A stretch of 63,990 bases of DNA, the filler included. It is 3 parts of 3 records of this genome, joined end to end, with 100 filler letters (N's around TTAATTAATTAA, not from the genome) between each part and the next. Parts side by side here need not be neighbours in the genome. Positions count along the whole stretch, not along the records: positions 1 to 28,298 come from SRR20825010_2225; 2 more parts are not named here. One strand, written 5' to 3'. Below the pieces are notes generated by a model, which did not search any database, was not told where the DNA came from, and worked only from the letters and a program-made list of their open reading frames with translations. The position numbers were made by a program, and so were the translations under genes. The first letter of the stretch is position 1, and each line of letters opens with the position of its first letter. Below, piece by piece: positions 17,112 to 25,945 of this stretch.

Positions 17112-18656
17112 ATGAAAGCTAATAAAAGAACAAAACTTATTTTTAACACTGTATTTATTTACGTTTTTATTTCTATATTTCTTATAAGTTGTAAAAAAGA
17201 AACTTCAGTAGAAAAAATAGAAAGCACTAAAAGTCCTAATGTTGTAATTATTTATATGGACGATTTAGGATATGGAGACGTTAGTTTTAATGGCGCTTCA
17301 ACTATACACACTCCAAACATGGATAAACTTGCTAATAATGGAGTTATATTTACCAATGGATATGCTGCTGCTTCAACATGTACCCCAAGTAGGTATTCTT
17401 TATTAACAGGAGTATATCCTTGGCGAGAAAAAGATGCTAAAATATTACCAGGAACAGCACCATTACTTATAAAACCAAATCAAGTTACACTTCCTAAAAT
17501 ACTTAAAAGTAAAGGATATCATACAGGAATTGTAGGGAAATGGCATCTAGGATTAGGCACAGGAATTATAGATTGGAATGAAACAATAAAACCCGGCCCT
17601 AATGAAGTTGGCTTTGATTATTCTTATATAATGGCAGCAACTCAAGATAGAGTTCCTACTGTTTATATAAAAAACGGAGATGTAGTTGGACTAGAGAAAG
17701 AAGACCCAATTGAAGTTAGTTATGAACAAAACTTTGATGGGGAACCAACAGGAAAAGAAAATCCGGAATTGACAAAAATGAAATGGCACCATGGACATAA
17801 TAATAGTATTGTAAATGGAATTCCTAGAATCGGTTTTATGAAAGGTGGTGAAAAAGCCAAATGGATTGATGAAGATATGGCTGATAATTTTTTAAATGAA
17901 GCTAAAAATTACGTAAAAGAACATAAAGAAAAACCCTTTTTTCTATATTACGCACTGCAACAACCCCATGTTCCAAGAACTCCAAATAAACGCTTTGTAG
18001 GAAAATCTGGAATGGGACCAAGAGGAGATGTAATCCTTGAAGCGGATTGGTGTGTTGGTGAATTTATTAAGACTCTTGAAGAACAAGGAATATTAGAAAA
18101 CACTCTTATTATTTTTTCTAGTGATAATGGCCCTGTTATAAATGATGGTTATTATGATGAGGCAGAAGAAAAAATTGGAAATCATAACGTAACAGCAGGA
18201 TTAAGAGGAGGGAAATATAGCCTTTATGAAGCTGGAACTAGAGTCCCATTTTTTACATATTGGAAAGGAACAATAAAACCTGGAGTTTCTGATGCAATAG
18301 TAAGTCAGATTGATATTTTTTCTTCGATTGCTAAGTTGATTGGAAGCAGTGAAAAAACCAATGATAGTGTAGACTTATTAGCTGAATTCTTAGGGAACTC
18401 AGAAGTAGGAAGAGAAGACATCATACTTCAAGGGTCTTATGGAACTTTTATAAGAGAAAATGAATGGGTAATGATTCCAAAAAATGACACAGCGCCCTCT
18501 TTTATAGAAACCGTAAAAATTGAAACTGGAATTTCTAAAGAAGATCAACTATATAACTTAAAAGAAGATTTCGGTCAGCAAGAAAACGTAGCTAGCAAAT
18601 ATCCAGAAAAATTAAAGGAATTAAAGGAGAAGTATGAATTGATCCGATATAATTAA
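17112..18656 (+). CDS. Arylsulfatase A-like S1 sulfatase, lipoprotein
   Basis: DDLGYGD, CTPSRYSLLTG (Cys-type CxPxR), GKWHLG, PHVP, SDNG, GGKYSLYEAGTRVP; lipobox LISC. Confidence 0.93.
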   Translation: MKANKRTKLIFNTVFIYVFISIFLISCKKETSVEKIESTKSPNVVIIYMDDLGYGDVSFNGASTIHTPNMDKLANNGVIFTNGYAAASTCTPSRYSLLTGVYPWREKDAKILPGTAPLLIKPNQVTLPKILKSKGYHTGIVGKWHLGLGTGIIDWNETIKPGPNEVGFDYSYIMAATQDRVPTVYIKNGDVVGLEKEDPIEVSYEQNFDGEPTGKENPELTKMKWHHGHNNSIVNGIPRIGFMKGGEKAKWIDEDMADNFLNEAKNYVKEHKEKPFFLYYALQQPHVPRTPNKRFVGKSGMGPRGDVILEADWCVGEFIKTLEEQGILENTLIIFSSDNGPVINDGYYDEAEEKIGNHNVTAGLRGGKYSLYEAGTRVPFFTYWKGTIKPGVSDAIVSQIDIFSSIAKLIGSSEKTNDSVDLLAEFLGNSEVGREDIILQGSYGTFIRENEWVMIPKNDTAPSFIETVKIETGISKEDQLYNLKEDFGQQENVASKYPEKLKELKEKYELIRYN

Positions 18657-18678
18657 TCTGAAAAAACAATTATAAAAA

Positions 18679-18718
18679 AAACTGAGTCAGTCTCAAAATT
18701 GTGAGGCTAACTCAGTTT
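18679..18718. terminator. Hairpin between the convergent sulfatase and DUF4136 genes
   Basis: AAACTGAGTCAGTCTCA / TGAGGCTAACTCAGTTT imperfect inverted repeat next to an A-tract. Confidence 0.7.
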
Positions 18719-18740
18719 AAAATATTTTATAAGTACTATT

Positions 18741-19304
18741 TTATTGTCCGTTTTGAACTACAGCTACTTGTGTAGAAACTGGAGGGAACTGTTCTAAAAT
18801 TTCTTTAACAAATTCGGTTATACGTTCCTCTTTTTTAGCTAGATTTCCATTGGTAACCAAATAACCAGTTCCTTTACCTTGCCAAACTAATTCTTTTTTA
18901 CCAGCATCAATTAAGTCAATATAAAGTGAGCCTTCGGTTTCCGTAGACACAGAATTATAACCGCCACCCCAATATGGGTAACCGTAATAACCCCAGCCCC
19001 AACCAACGTTATTATAAACACTAACACGATCCACTTCTTTAGTAAAAATACTTACTAAAATATCTGGATTCTCAGATAATCTATAGCCTCTATTCTGTAG
19101 TTCGTATTGTATTGAGCGTAAGATTCTTTTCTTATCAAGATCAGAAATTTCTGCTTTATCAATACCAGGTTTATAAAACGCAAAAGTTTTATACTTACTA
19201 AAATCTACGTGTCGGTCGTAATCTGTTGCAACACTTACACTAGAGCAAGCGCTCATAAGGAGTGTAACAAGCAACATTCCAGAAAGGAGTTTTATTGTTC
19301 TCAT
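18741..19304 (-). CDS. DUF4136 family lipoprotein
   Basis: Lipobox MSAC, DYDRHVDFSKYKTF, GWGWGYYG, EGSLYIDLIDA..KELVWQG. Confidence 0.85.
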   Translation of the reverse strand: MRTIKLLSGMLLVTLLMSACSSVSVATDYDRHVDFSKYKTFAFYKPGIDKAEISDLDKKRILRSIQYELQNRGYRLSENPDILVSIFTKEVDRVSVYNNVGWGWGYYGYPYWGGGYNSVSTETEGSLYIDLIDAGKKELVWQGKGTGYLVTNGNLAKKEERITEFVKEILEQFPPVSTQVAVVQNGQ

Positions 19305-19467
19305 GGTTTATTTTTTTATTGTTTTTAATTGCCACATAAAACATCCAAATAATTAGCCTCCTAAGCGACTTAAATTAAATATGAATGTTTCATTTTATTT
19401 CACTTTAAAGTTCTTCGTTTATTTAAAAATTTCATCTAAAACTAGATAAAAAAAGGTATTCTAATTA

Positions 19468-21459
19468 CTATAGCAAATCTTCATCTACAAAATTTGGAAG
19501 TGTTACTTTTAAATTAGGCTCAGCATTCATTGCTCGTTTTATTGCAAAAACAGCTTCTTCATTTCTTGCCCAGCTTCTTCTAGCTATTCCATTATTTACA
19601 TCCCAAAATAACATAGATTGTAAACGTTTATCTGCTTCTATAGTACCATCAAGAATCATACCAAAACCTCCATTTATAACTTCTCCCCATCCAACGCCAC
19701 CACCGTTATGAATACTCACCCAGCTGGCACCTCTAAAACTATCACCAATTACATTATGAATAGCCATGTCTGCTGTAAAACTAGAACCATCATATATATT
19801 AGAGGTTTCTCTGTATGGAGAATCCGTTCCACTAACATCGTGATGATCTCTCCCTAAAATTACAAAACCTATTTCATTATTTGCTATTGCCTTGTTAAAA
19901 GCTTTGGCAATTTCTATTCTTCCTTCTGCATCTGCATATAAAATACGTGCTTGAGAACCAACTACAAGCTTATTTTCTTGAGCAGATTTAATCCATTTTA
20001 TATTATCCTCTAATTGTTTCTGAATTTCCTTTGGAGCTGTTGCTTTTATACGCTCCAGTACTTGACAAGCTATAGCATCTGTCTTTTTTAAATCTTGAGG
20101 ATCTCCACTAGCACACACCCATCTAAAAGGACCAAAACCATAATCAAAACACATAGGTCCCATAATATCTTGCACATAACTTGGGTATTTAAAATCGATA
20201 TTATTTTTTGCCATCACCGCTGCACCTGCACGTGAAGCCTCTAATAAAAAAGCATTTCCATAATCAAAAAAATACGTTCCTTTTTCTGCATGTCTGTTTA
20301 TAGCTGCTGCATGTCGGCATAAACTTTCTTGAACTTTAGCTTTAAAGGTTTCGGCATCATTTGCCATTAAGGATTGCGATTCTTCAAGAGATAATCCCAC
20401 AGGATAATACCCTCCAGCCCATGGATTGTGTAAAGAAGTTTGATCGGAACCTAAATCAATATAAATATTTTCTTTATCAAATTTCTCCCAAACATCTACT
20501 ACATTTCCTTGATAAGCTATGGAAACAGTTTGTTTTTGGACTTGTGCTTCCTTTACTCTTTTTGTTAATTCATCTAAATCAGAAATCACTTCATCTACCC
20601 ATCCTTGAGAATGCCTTGTCTCTGTTGCCTTCGGATTTACCTCTGCACAAACAGTTATACATCCTGCAATATTTCCTGCTTTTGGCTGAGCTCCACTCAT
20701 TCCTCCCAAGCCAGAAGTTACAAAAACACCTCCCTTAGGGTCTTTCTTAATTTTTCTAAATCCGTTTAAAACCGTAATTGTTGTTCCATGAACAATTCCT
20801 TGCGGACCAATATACATATAACTTCCAGCAGTCATTTGTCCATATTGAGTAACTCCAAGCGCGTTAAATTTCTCCCAATCGTCTTGTGCTGAATAGTTTG
20901 GAATCATCATCCCGTTTGTTACCACCACTCTTGGCGCATTTTTATGTGACGGAAATAACCCCATTGGGTGCCCACTATACATTACCAAGGTTTGCTCATC
21001 ATTCATTTCGGCCAAATACTTCATCGTTAATCGGTATTGTGCCCAATTTTGAAAAACAGCTCCATTCCCTCCATAGGTAATCAACTCATGCGGATGCTGC
21101 GCCACTTTTGGATCAAGATTATTCATAATCATCAACATAATTGCAGCAGCATGTTTTGACTTTGCTGGATATTGATCAATAGGACGTGCATACATTTTAT
21201 AATCTGGACGAAGTCGATACATGTATATACGACCGTAAGCTTCTAACTCTTCTTTAAATTCTGGAAGTAATTCTGCATGAAACTTCTTATCAAAATATCG
21301 TAATGCATTTTTAAGGGCTAATTTCTTTTCTTCTGAAGTTAAAATATTCTTTCGCTTTGGAGCGTGATTCACATTTTTATCATATTCCTTTTTAACAGGA
21401 AGCACCTCTGGAATCCCAACTAAAATTTCGTTTTCAAAAGTATTTTGGGTATCAATCAT
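19468..21459 (-). CDS. hutU: Urocanate hydratase (long form)
   Basis: NNLDPKVAQ, GQMTAGSYMYIGPQGIVHGT, GLGGMSGAQP, DQTSLHN, GRDHHD, HNGGGVGWG. Confidence 0.96.
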   Translation of the reverse strand: MIDTQNTFENEILVGIPEVLPVKKEYDKNVNHAPKRKNILTSEEKKLALKNALRYFDKKFHAELLPEFKEELEAYGRIYMYRLRPDYKMYARPIDQYPAKSKHAAAIMLMIMNNLDPKVAQHPHELITYGGNGAVFQNWAQYRLTMKYLAEMNDEQTLVMYSGHPMGLFPSHKNAPRVVVTNGMMIPNYSAQDDWEKFNALGVTQYGQMTAGSYMYIGPQGIVHGTTITVLNGFRKIKKDPKGGVFVTSGLGGMSGAQPKAGNIAGCITVCAEVNPKATETRHSQGWVDEVISDLDELTKRVKEAQVQKQTVSIAYQGNVVDVWEKFDKENIYIDLGSDQTSLHNPWAGGYYPVGLSLEESQSLMANDAETFKAKVQESLCRHAAAINRHAEKGTYFFDYGNAFLLEASRAGAAVMAKNNIDFKYPSYVQDIMGPMCFDYGFGPFRWVCASGDPQDLKKTDAIACQVLERIKATAPKEIQKQLEDNIKWIKSAQENKLVVGSQARILYADAEGRIEIAKAFNKAIANNEIGFVILGRDHHDVSGTDSPYRETSNIYDGSSFTADMAIHNVIGDSFRGASWVSIHNGGGVGWGEVINGGFGMILDGTIEADKRLQSMLFWDVNNGIARRSWARNEEAVFAIKRAMNAEPNLKVTLPNFVDEDLL

Positions 21460-21495
21460 CAATCTATTTTTTATAAAATTGAAATTTTCAATTCG

Positions 21496-21648
21496 TTATC
21501 TTCTATTCTTTTTAAAACCATACGGACAATGCCTACATCCATTCTCACAACAATATCCTCTCTTTAAATGATATTGTTCTGTAAAAACCCGATAGCCCTC
21601 AGGCGACAAATAATAATCGCCTTCTTCAGGCTTTAAAATTTTTTTCAT
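21496..21648 (-). CDS. Small Cys-rich protein, DUF5522-like, 50 aa, absent from the ORF track
   Basis: MKKILKPEEGDYYLSPEGYRVFTEQYHLKRGYCCENGCRHCPYGFKKNRR; RGYCCxxGCRHCPY motif. Confidence 0.85.
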   Translation of the reverse strand: MKKILKPEEGDYYLSPEGYRVFTEQYHLKRGYCCENGCRHCPYGFKKNRR

Positions 21649-21794
21649 CTATTGTACTATTCTCAAAAAAAGTTATAAAAATTATGCTTTTCTTAAATTA
21701 AGATTAAAAATAACCGTTATAAATTTTTATAACAGCAAATCCTATTATCTTTACAAAGATAACAGAAAACTACAGCTCTACTAAAAGCTGCTTT

Positions 21795-22121
21795 ATGATT
21801 CTAATTTTTAAATACATTTTTCCTAAAAGATATGTTGGCCTTACACTTTGGCCTGTAATTATCTTAAAAGAAAATAGACTAAAAGAAGACGATGTGCTTA
21901 TTAACCATGAGCGAATTCACCTAAAGCAACAATTAGAATTATTTATTCTCCCTTTTTACATTTGGTATCTAATAGAATGGCTTATTGGCGTAATGCGATT
22001 TAGAAATTTTAATGAAGCTTACAGAAATATAAGTTTTGAAAAAGAAGCCTATCAAAATGAGCGAAACTTAAATTACATAAAAGAGCGACCATTTTGGGGC
22101 TTTTTAAGCTACCTATTTTAA
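21795..22121 (+). CDS. Conserved hypothetical protein with HExxH motif
   Basis: GLTLWP, INHERIHLKQQ, AYRNISFEKEAY. Confidence 0.8.
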   Translation: MILIFKYIFPKRYVGLTLWPVIILKENRLKEDDVLINHERIHLKQQLELFILPFYIWYLIEWLIGVMRFRNFNEAYRNISFEKEAYQNERNLNYIKERPFWGFLSYLF

Positions 22122-22161
22122 ACGTTCCTCTTATCTTTGAATTCTATAAAGAGAGATAGTT

Positions 22162-23058
22162 TTGCACAACCAAGAAATTGTTCTAGAAGAAACAAAAAAT
22201 GCCAACGTTCAACTTTTCATCAAACGTGAAGATTTAATCCATCCGTTTATTTCTGGAAACAAGTTTAGGAAATTAAAATACAATATTGCAGAAGCCAAAA
22301 GACTAAATCATGATACTTTATTAACTTTTGGAGGCGCCTATTCCAACCATATTGCTGCTACTGCATATGCTGGTTTTGAAAACAATCTAAAAACAATTGG
22401 AGTTATTAGAGGGGAAGAGCTTTTAGATAAAATTGAAGAAAATCCTACACTTTCTTTTGCCAAAAAACACGGAATGTCTTTCAAATTTGTAAGTCGATCC
22501 GACTACAGAAGGAAAGAGGAACCTGCTTTTATAGCATCTTTAAAAAACACCTACCACAATTCATTCATAATTCCAGAAGGAGGCACCAATGAACTTGCTG
22601 TTAAAGGTTGTGAAGAAATTTTGGAAAAAGAAGATTTTGATTTTGATTTCATTTGTGTAGCTGTAGGCACAGGAGGCACTATTTCAGGACTCATAAATTG
22701 TTCACAACTCCGTCAACAAGTTTTAGGGTTTCCCGCTTTGAAAGGCAATTTTTTACAAACAGAAATTTGTAAATTTGCACATCAAGTTAATTGGAATTTA
22801 CATACAGATTATCATTTTGGCGGGTACGCAAAAGCTGACAAAGAATTAGTAAATTTCTTAAATTGCTTTAAAGAAAAAACAGACATTCCTTTAGACCCAG
22901 TTTACACTGGAAAAATGATGTTTGGAATACTAGACTTGATAAAAAAAGGTTATTTTAAAGAGAATACAAAAATTTTAGCGATTCATACCGGAGGTCTACA
23001 AGGTATTTCTGGAATGAATATTCGCTTAAAACAAAAGAATTTACCCCTTATAAAATGA
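22162..23058 (+). CDS. ACC deaminase/D-cysteine desulfhydrase family PLP enzyme
   Basis: KREDL..SGNKFRKL, GGAYSNH, PEGG, GTGGT, LDPVYTGK, HTGGLQG. Confidence 0.9.
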   Translation: MHNQEIVLEETKNANVQLFIKREDLIHPFISGNKFRKLKYNIAEAKRLNHDTLLTFGGAYSNHIAATAYAGFENNLKTIGVIRGEELLDKIEENPTLSFAKKHGMSFKFVSRSDYRRKEEPAFIASLKNTYHNSFIIPEGGTNELAVKGCEEILEKEDFDFDFICVAVGTGGTISGLINCSQLRQQVLGFPALKGNFLQTEICKFAHQVNWNLHTDYHFGGYAKADKELVNFLNCFKEKTDIPLDPVYTGKMMFGILDLIKKGYFKENTKILAIHTGGLQGISGMNIRLKQKNLPLIK

Positions 23059-23879
23059 TTATAAAACGGCTTATTTATACTTTTCTTATACTACTTTTAG
23101 TAAGTTGTGGTGCTAAAAAAAAGGCTTCTTCGTCTAAAAAAAATTCTAGAAAGTATCCTACTACAAATACACGGACTACGCATAACAAAAATGATATTGA
23201 AACAAACAATAATAGAACTACCGAAACTTTAGAATCTACTTCCAGAACTACAGTTTATACAGCTACTGTAGAGGAATATATTGATGTTTTTAGTCCGATT
23301 GCTGAACGCCAAATGCAAAGTCACGGAATTCCAGCTAGTATAATTTTAGCGCAAGGAATTTTAGAAAGTGGCGCAGGAAAAGGAGAATTGGTTAGAAAAG
23401 CAAATAATCATTTTGGGATAAAATGCCATACTGGATGGACTGGAGAAAGAGCGTACCATGATGATGATGCCAAAGGCGAATGTTTTAGAAAATATAGATA
23501 CCCAGAGCTTTCCTATGAAGACCATTCGGAATTCCTAACCACCAGAAGTAGGTATGCTTTTTTATTCGATTTAGATAAAGACGATTACCGTGGATGGGCA
23601 AAAGGACTTAGAAGTGCAGGTTATGCAACCGATAGACGGTATCCAGATAAATTAATAAGTTTAATAGAAAAATATCAACTTTACAGATATGATGCAGCGG
23701 TTTTAGGTACAAATCCTGCTAGAAGAAAGCAAGTAGCAGAACAAACGTATCGCGTTTCTAAAGGAGACACCCTGTATTCCATTTCAAAACGCTATAATGT
23801 TTCTGTAGATGCTATAAAACGAAAAAACGGATTAAGAAATAATAATATTAAAATTGGACAGATATTATATCTAAATTAA
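23055..23879 (+). CDS. GH73 glucosaminidase + LysM lipoprotein
   Basis: AQGILESG, NNHFGIKC, GYATD; C-terminal LysM YRVSKGDTLYSISKRY. Confidence 0.92.
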   Translation: MIIKRLIYTFLILLLVSCGAKKKASSSKKNSRKYPTTNTRTTHNKNDIETNNNRTTETLESTSRTTVYTATVEEYIDVFSPIAERQMQSHGIPASIILAQGILESGAGKGELVRKANNHFGIKCHTGWTGERAYHDDDAKGECFRKYRYPELSYEDHSEFLTTRSRYAFLFDLDKDDYRGWAKGLRSAGYATDRRYPDKLISLIEKYQLYRYDAAVLGTNPARRKQVAEQTYRVSKGDTLYSISKRYNVSVDAIKRKNGLRNNNIKIGQILYLN

Positions 23880-23974
23880 ACTACATCGGGGCAAGCCCGA
23901 GGTAGTCAAACGAAACAAATTTAACTCATTTCGACGCAATGCGTCGGTAAAATTAAACCCTCTATAAGGGATTA
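23879..23974 (+). repeat. Dispersed multi-hairpin element, copy C
   Basis: AACTACATCGGGGCAAGCCCGAGGTAGTCAAACGAAACAAATTTAACTCATTTCGACGCAATGCGTCGGTAAAATTAAACCCTCTATAAGGGATTA fills almost the whole GH73-hemL spacer. Confidence 0.8.
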
Positions 23975-23985
23975 AAATAAAAAAC

Positions 23986-25269
23986 ATGGAATATAAAAGA
24001 AGTAGTGCCCTTTTTGCTGAAGCCAAAAAATACATTCCAGGAGGAGTAAATTCTCCTGTTAGAGCATTTAATGCTGTAGGTGGAGAGCCCATTTTTGTGA
24101 AGCAAGCAAAAGGCGCCTATCTATATGATGAGGACGGAAATAAATTAATAGATTATATCGCATCTTGGGGACCAATGATTTTAGGTCATGCTTTCCAACC
24201 TGTTGTGAATGCGGTTATTGAAAAAACACAACTTGGTACTTCCTTCGGTATGCCTACTCAAATAGAGACAGAAATTGCTAAACTAGCAGTTTCTATGGTT
24301 CCTAATGTTGATAAAATTCGTTTTGTAAATAGTGGAACTGAAGCCTGTATGAGCGCCGTTAGATTGGCTAGAGGTTTTACAGGAAAAGATAAAATTATCA
24401 AATTTGCTGGTTGTTATCATGGACACTCAGACTCTTTTTTAATCCAAGCAGGAAGCGGTGCTGTAACTTTTGGAAGTCCAAATAGTCCTGGAGTAACTCA
24501 AGGAACAGCAAAAGACACTTTGCTTGCTAGATATAACGACTTAGAAAGTGTAAAAGCTTTAATTGAAGCAAATAAAAATGAAATTTCTGCAATTATTATC
24601 GAGCCTGTTGCTGGAAATATGGGATGCATTATTCCTAAAAAAGGTTTCTTAGAAGGCTTGCGTAAACTTTGCGACGACCATAAAATACTCCTCATTTTTG
24701 ATGAAGTAATGACGGGGTTTAGGCTTGCACAAGGAGGCGCTCAAGAGTTACTAAATATAAAAGCAGATATTGTAACTTTTGGAAAGGTTATTGGTGGCGG
24801 ACTTCCAGTAGGGGCCTTTGCTGCTAGAAATGAAATTATGGATTATTTGGCGCCGCTAGGTCCTGTTTATCAAGCAGGAACTTTAAGTGGGAATCCGCTT
24901 GCTATGGCAGCTGGATTAACAATGCTAAAAACATTATTCGAGCATGAAGATATTTTTAAAAGCTTAGCCGATAAAACTGCTTATTTACACCAAGGTCTTG
25001 AAAAAGCTCTTGAAGAGTCGGAATTAACATATACTATAAACCGACTAGGATCTATGATTTCTGTGCACTTTACAGAAGAGGTATACGATTTTGAAACTGC
25101 AGCTAAAGGGAATAACAACTATTTCAAAAAGTTTTTCCACGGAATGTTAAACGAAGGAATCTACCTTCCTCCTAGCGCTTTTGAAAGTTGGTTCTTAAAT
25201 AATGCCTTAACTTACGAAGATTTAGACAAAACTATTGATGCCGCAACCAAGGTTATCAAATCATTATAA
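23986..25269 (+). CDS. hemL: Glutamate-1-semialdehyde 2,1-aminomutase
   Basis: [49 protein letters not shown]. Confidence 0.97.
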   Translation: MEYKRSSALFAEAKKYIPGGVNSPVRAFNAVGGEPIFVKQAKGAYLYDEDGNKLIDYIASWGPMILGHAFQPVVNAVIEKTQLGTSFGMPTQIETEIAKLAVSMVPNVDKIRFVNSGTEACMSAVRLARGFTGKDKIIKFAGCYHGHSDSFLIQAGSGAVTFGSPNSPGVTQGTAKDTLLARYNDLESVKALIEANKNEISAIIIEPVAGNMGCIIPKKGFLEGLRKLCDDHKILLIFDEVMTGFRLAQGGAQELLNIKADIVTFGKVIGGGLPVGAFAARNEIMDYLAPLGPVYQAGTLSGNPLAMAAGLTMLKTLFEHEDIFKSLADKTAYLHQGLEKALEESELTYTINRLGSMISVHFTEEVYDFETAAKGNNNYFKKFFHGMLNEGIYLPPSAFESWFLNNALTYEDLDKTIDAATKVIKSL

Positions 25270-25275
25270 AACCGA

Positions 25276-25311
25276 AAAAGCCTCGAAACTCAACAAAGTT
25301 TCGAGGCTTTT
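25276..25311. terminator. Bidirectional intrinsic terminator
   Basis: AAAAGCCTCGAAACT / AGTTTCGAGGCTTTT perfect inverted repeat between convergent genes. Confidence 0.85.
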
Positions 25312-25333
25312 ATAAAACTAACTAACCAACCTA

Positions 25334-25801
25334 TTATTTTCTAGCAGCCATTCTATGATTACGTTTTCCGTGCATTTTATGCTGACTTCTCTTCCACATT
25401 TTATATTGATCTTCATCTAAAATATTTTTCATTTTAGTCTGAACAGCCAATTGCTCATCTAACATAGCGTTCTTCATTTCAAAACGCTCTTCTGCTGTAG
25501 GCTTCTCTTCTTTTTCTTTCATTTCTTTGAAAGACTCCATCTTAGCTTTATGCTTTGTAGCCAAATCTTTGTTTATAGCAAGAATATCTTTTTGTTGCGT
25601 ATCTGTTAAGTCTAAAGCCAACGCCATTTTTTTTGTCTTTAACGTCGCAATTTGATCTGGAGTTAAATTTGCATATGCTTTTCTAAAATCTTCTCTTCGC
25701 TCCTTTCTATCTTGATCTCCACGTTTTTCTCTCGGTCTATCTTGAGCAAATGTTGTTCCCACAATAAATACAAGTAATAATAAGCTTAGTGTCTTTTTCA
25801 T
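25334..25801 (-). CDS. Secreted Spy/CpxP-like (LTxxQ) helical protein
   Basis: Signal peptide, LTPDQ / LTDTQQ / LDEDQ motifs, charged helical composition. Confidence 0.7.
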   Translation of the reverse strand: MKKTLSLLLLVFIVGTTFAQDRPREKRGDQDRKERREDFRKAYANLTPDQIATLKTKKMALALDLTDTQQKDILAINKDLATKHKAKMESFKEMKEKEEKPTAEERFEMKNAMLDEQLAVQTKMKNILDEDQYKMWKRSQHKMHGKRNHRMAARK

Positions 25802-25832
25802 CTTTATACTGTTTTAATTTGTTATAATAATA

Positions 25833-25858
25833 AGACTGCAATTCAAAGCTATGGTTTA
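25833..25858 (-). promoter_or_regulatory. ECF-sigma-like promoter TAAACC-N16-GTCT upstream of the Spy-like gene
   Basis: Minus strand TAAACCATAGCTTTGAATTGCAGTCT, about 30 nt before the ATG; fits the generic ECF AAC...GTC pattern. Confidence 0.35.
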
Positions 25859-25890
25859 ATTGTTGGGAGTTTTTTAACTAAATTCAGAAA

Positions 25891-25928
25891 TAAAAAAGCT
25901 CATAACAAAACTGTTATGAGCTTTTTTA
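25891..25928 (-). terminator. Intrinsic terminator after alaS
   Basis: TAAAAAAGCTCATAACA / TGTTATGAGCTTTTTTA perfect inverted repeat. Confidence 0.85.
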
Positions 25929-25945
25929 TTTAGTTTTTATCTTAT

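Noticed and set aside
15179-21459. Long forms of the aromatic amino acid hydroxylase and urocanate hydratase as novel fusions
   Set aside because: Both long forms are, to my knowledge, usual in Flavobacteriaceae.
5562-23974. Repeat copies as a CRISPR array
   Set aside because: Copies are kilobases apart and diverged, with no spacer periodicity and no cas genes.
23871-24092. 73-aa minus-strand ORF spanning repeat copy C
   Set aside because: Antisense to the hemL start and the repeat, with no coding features.
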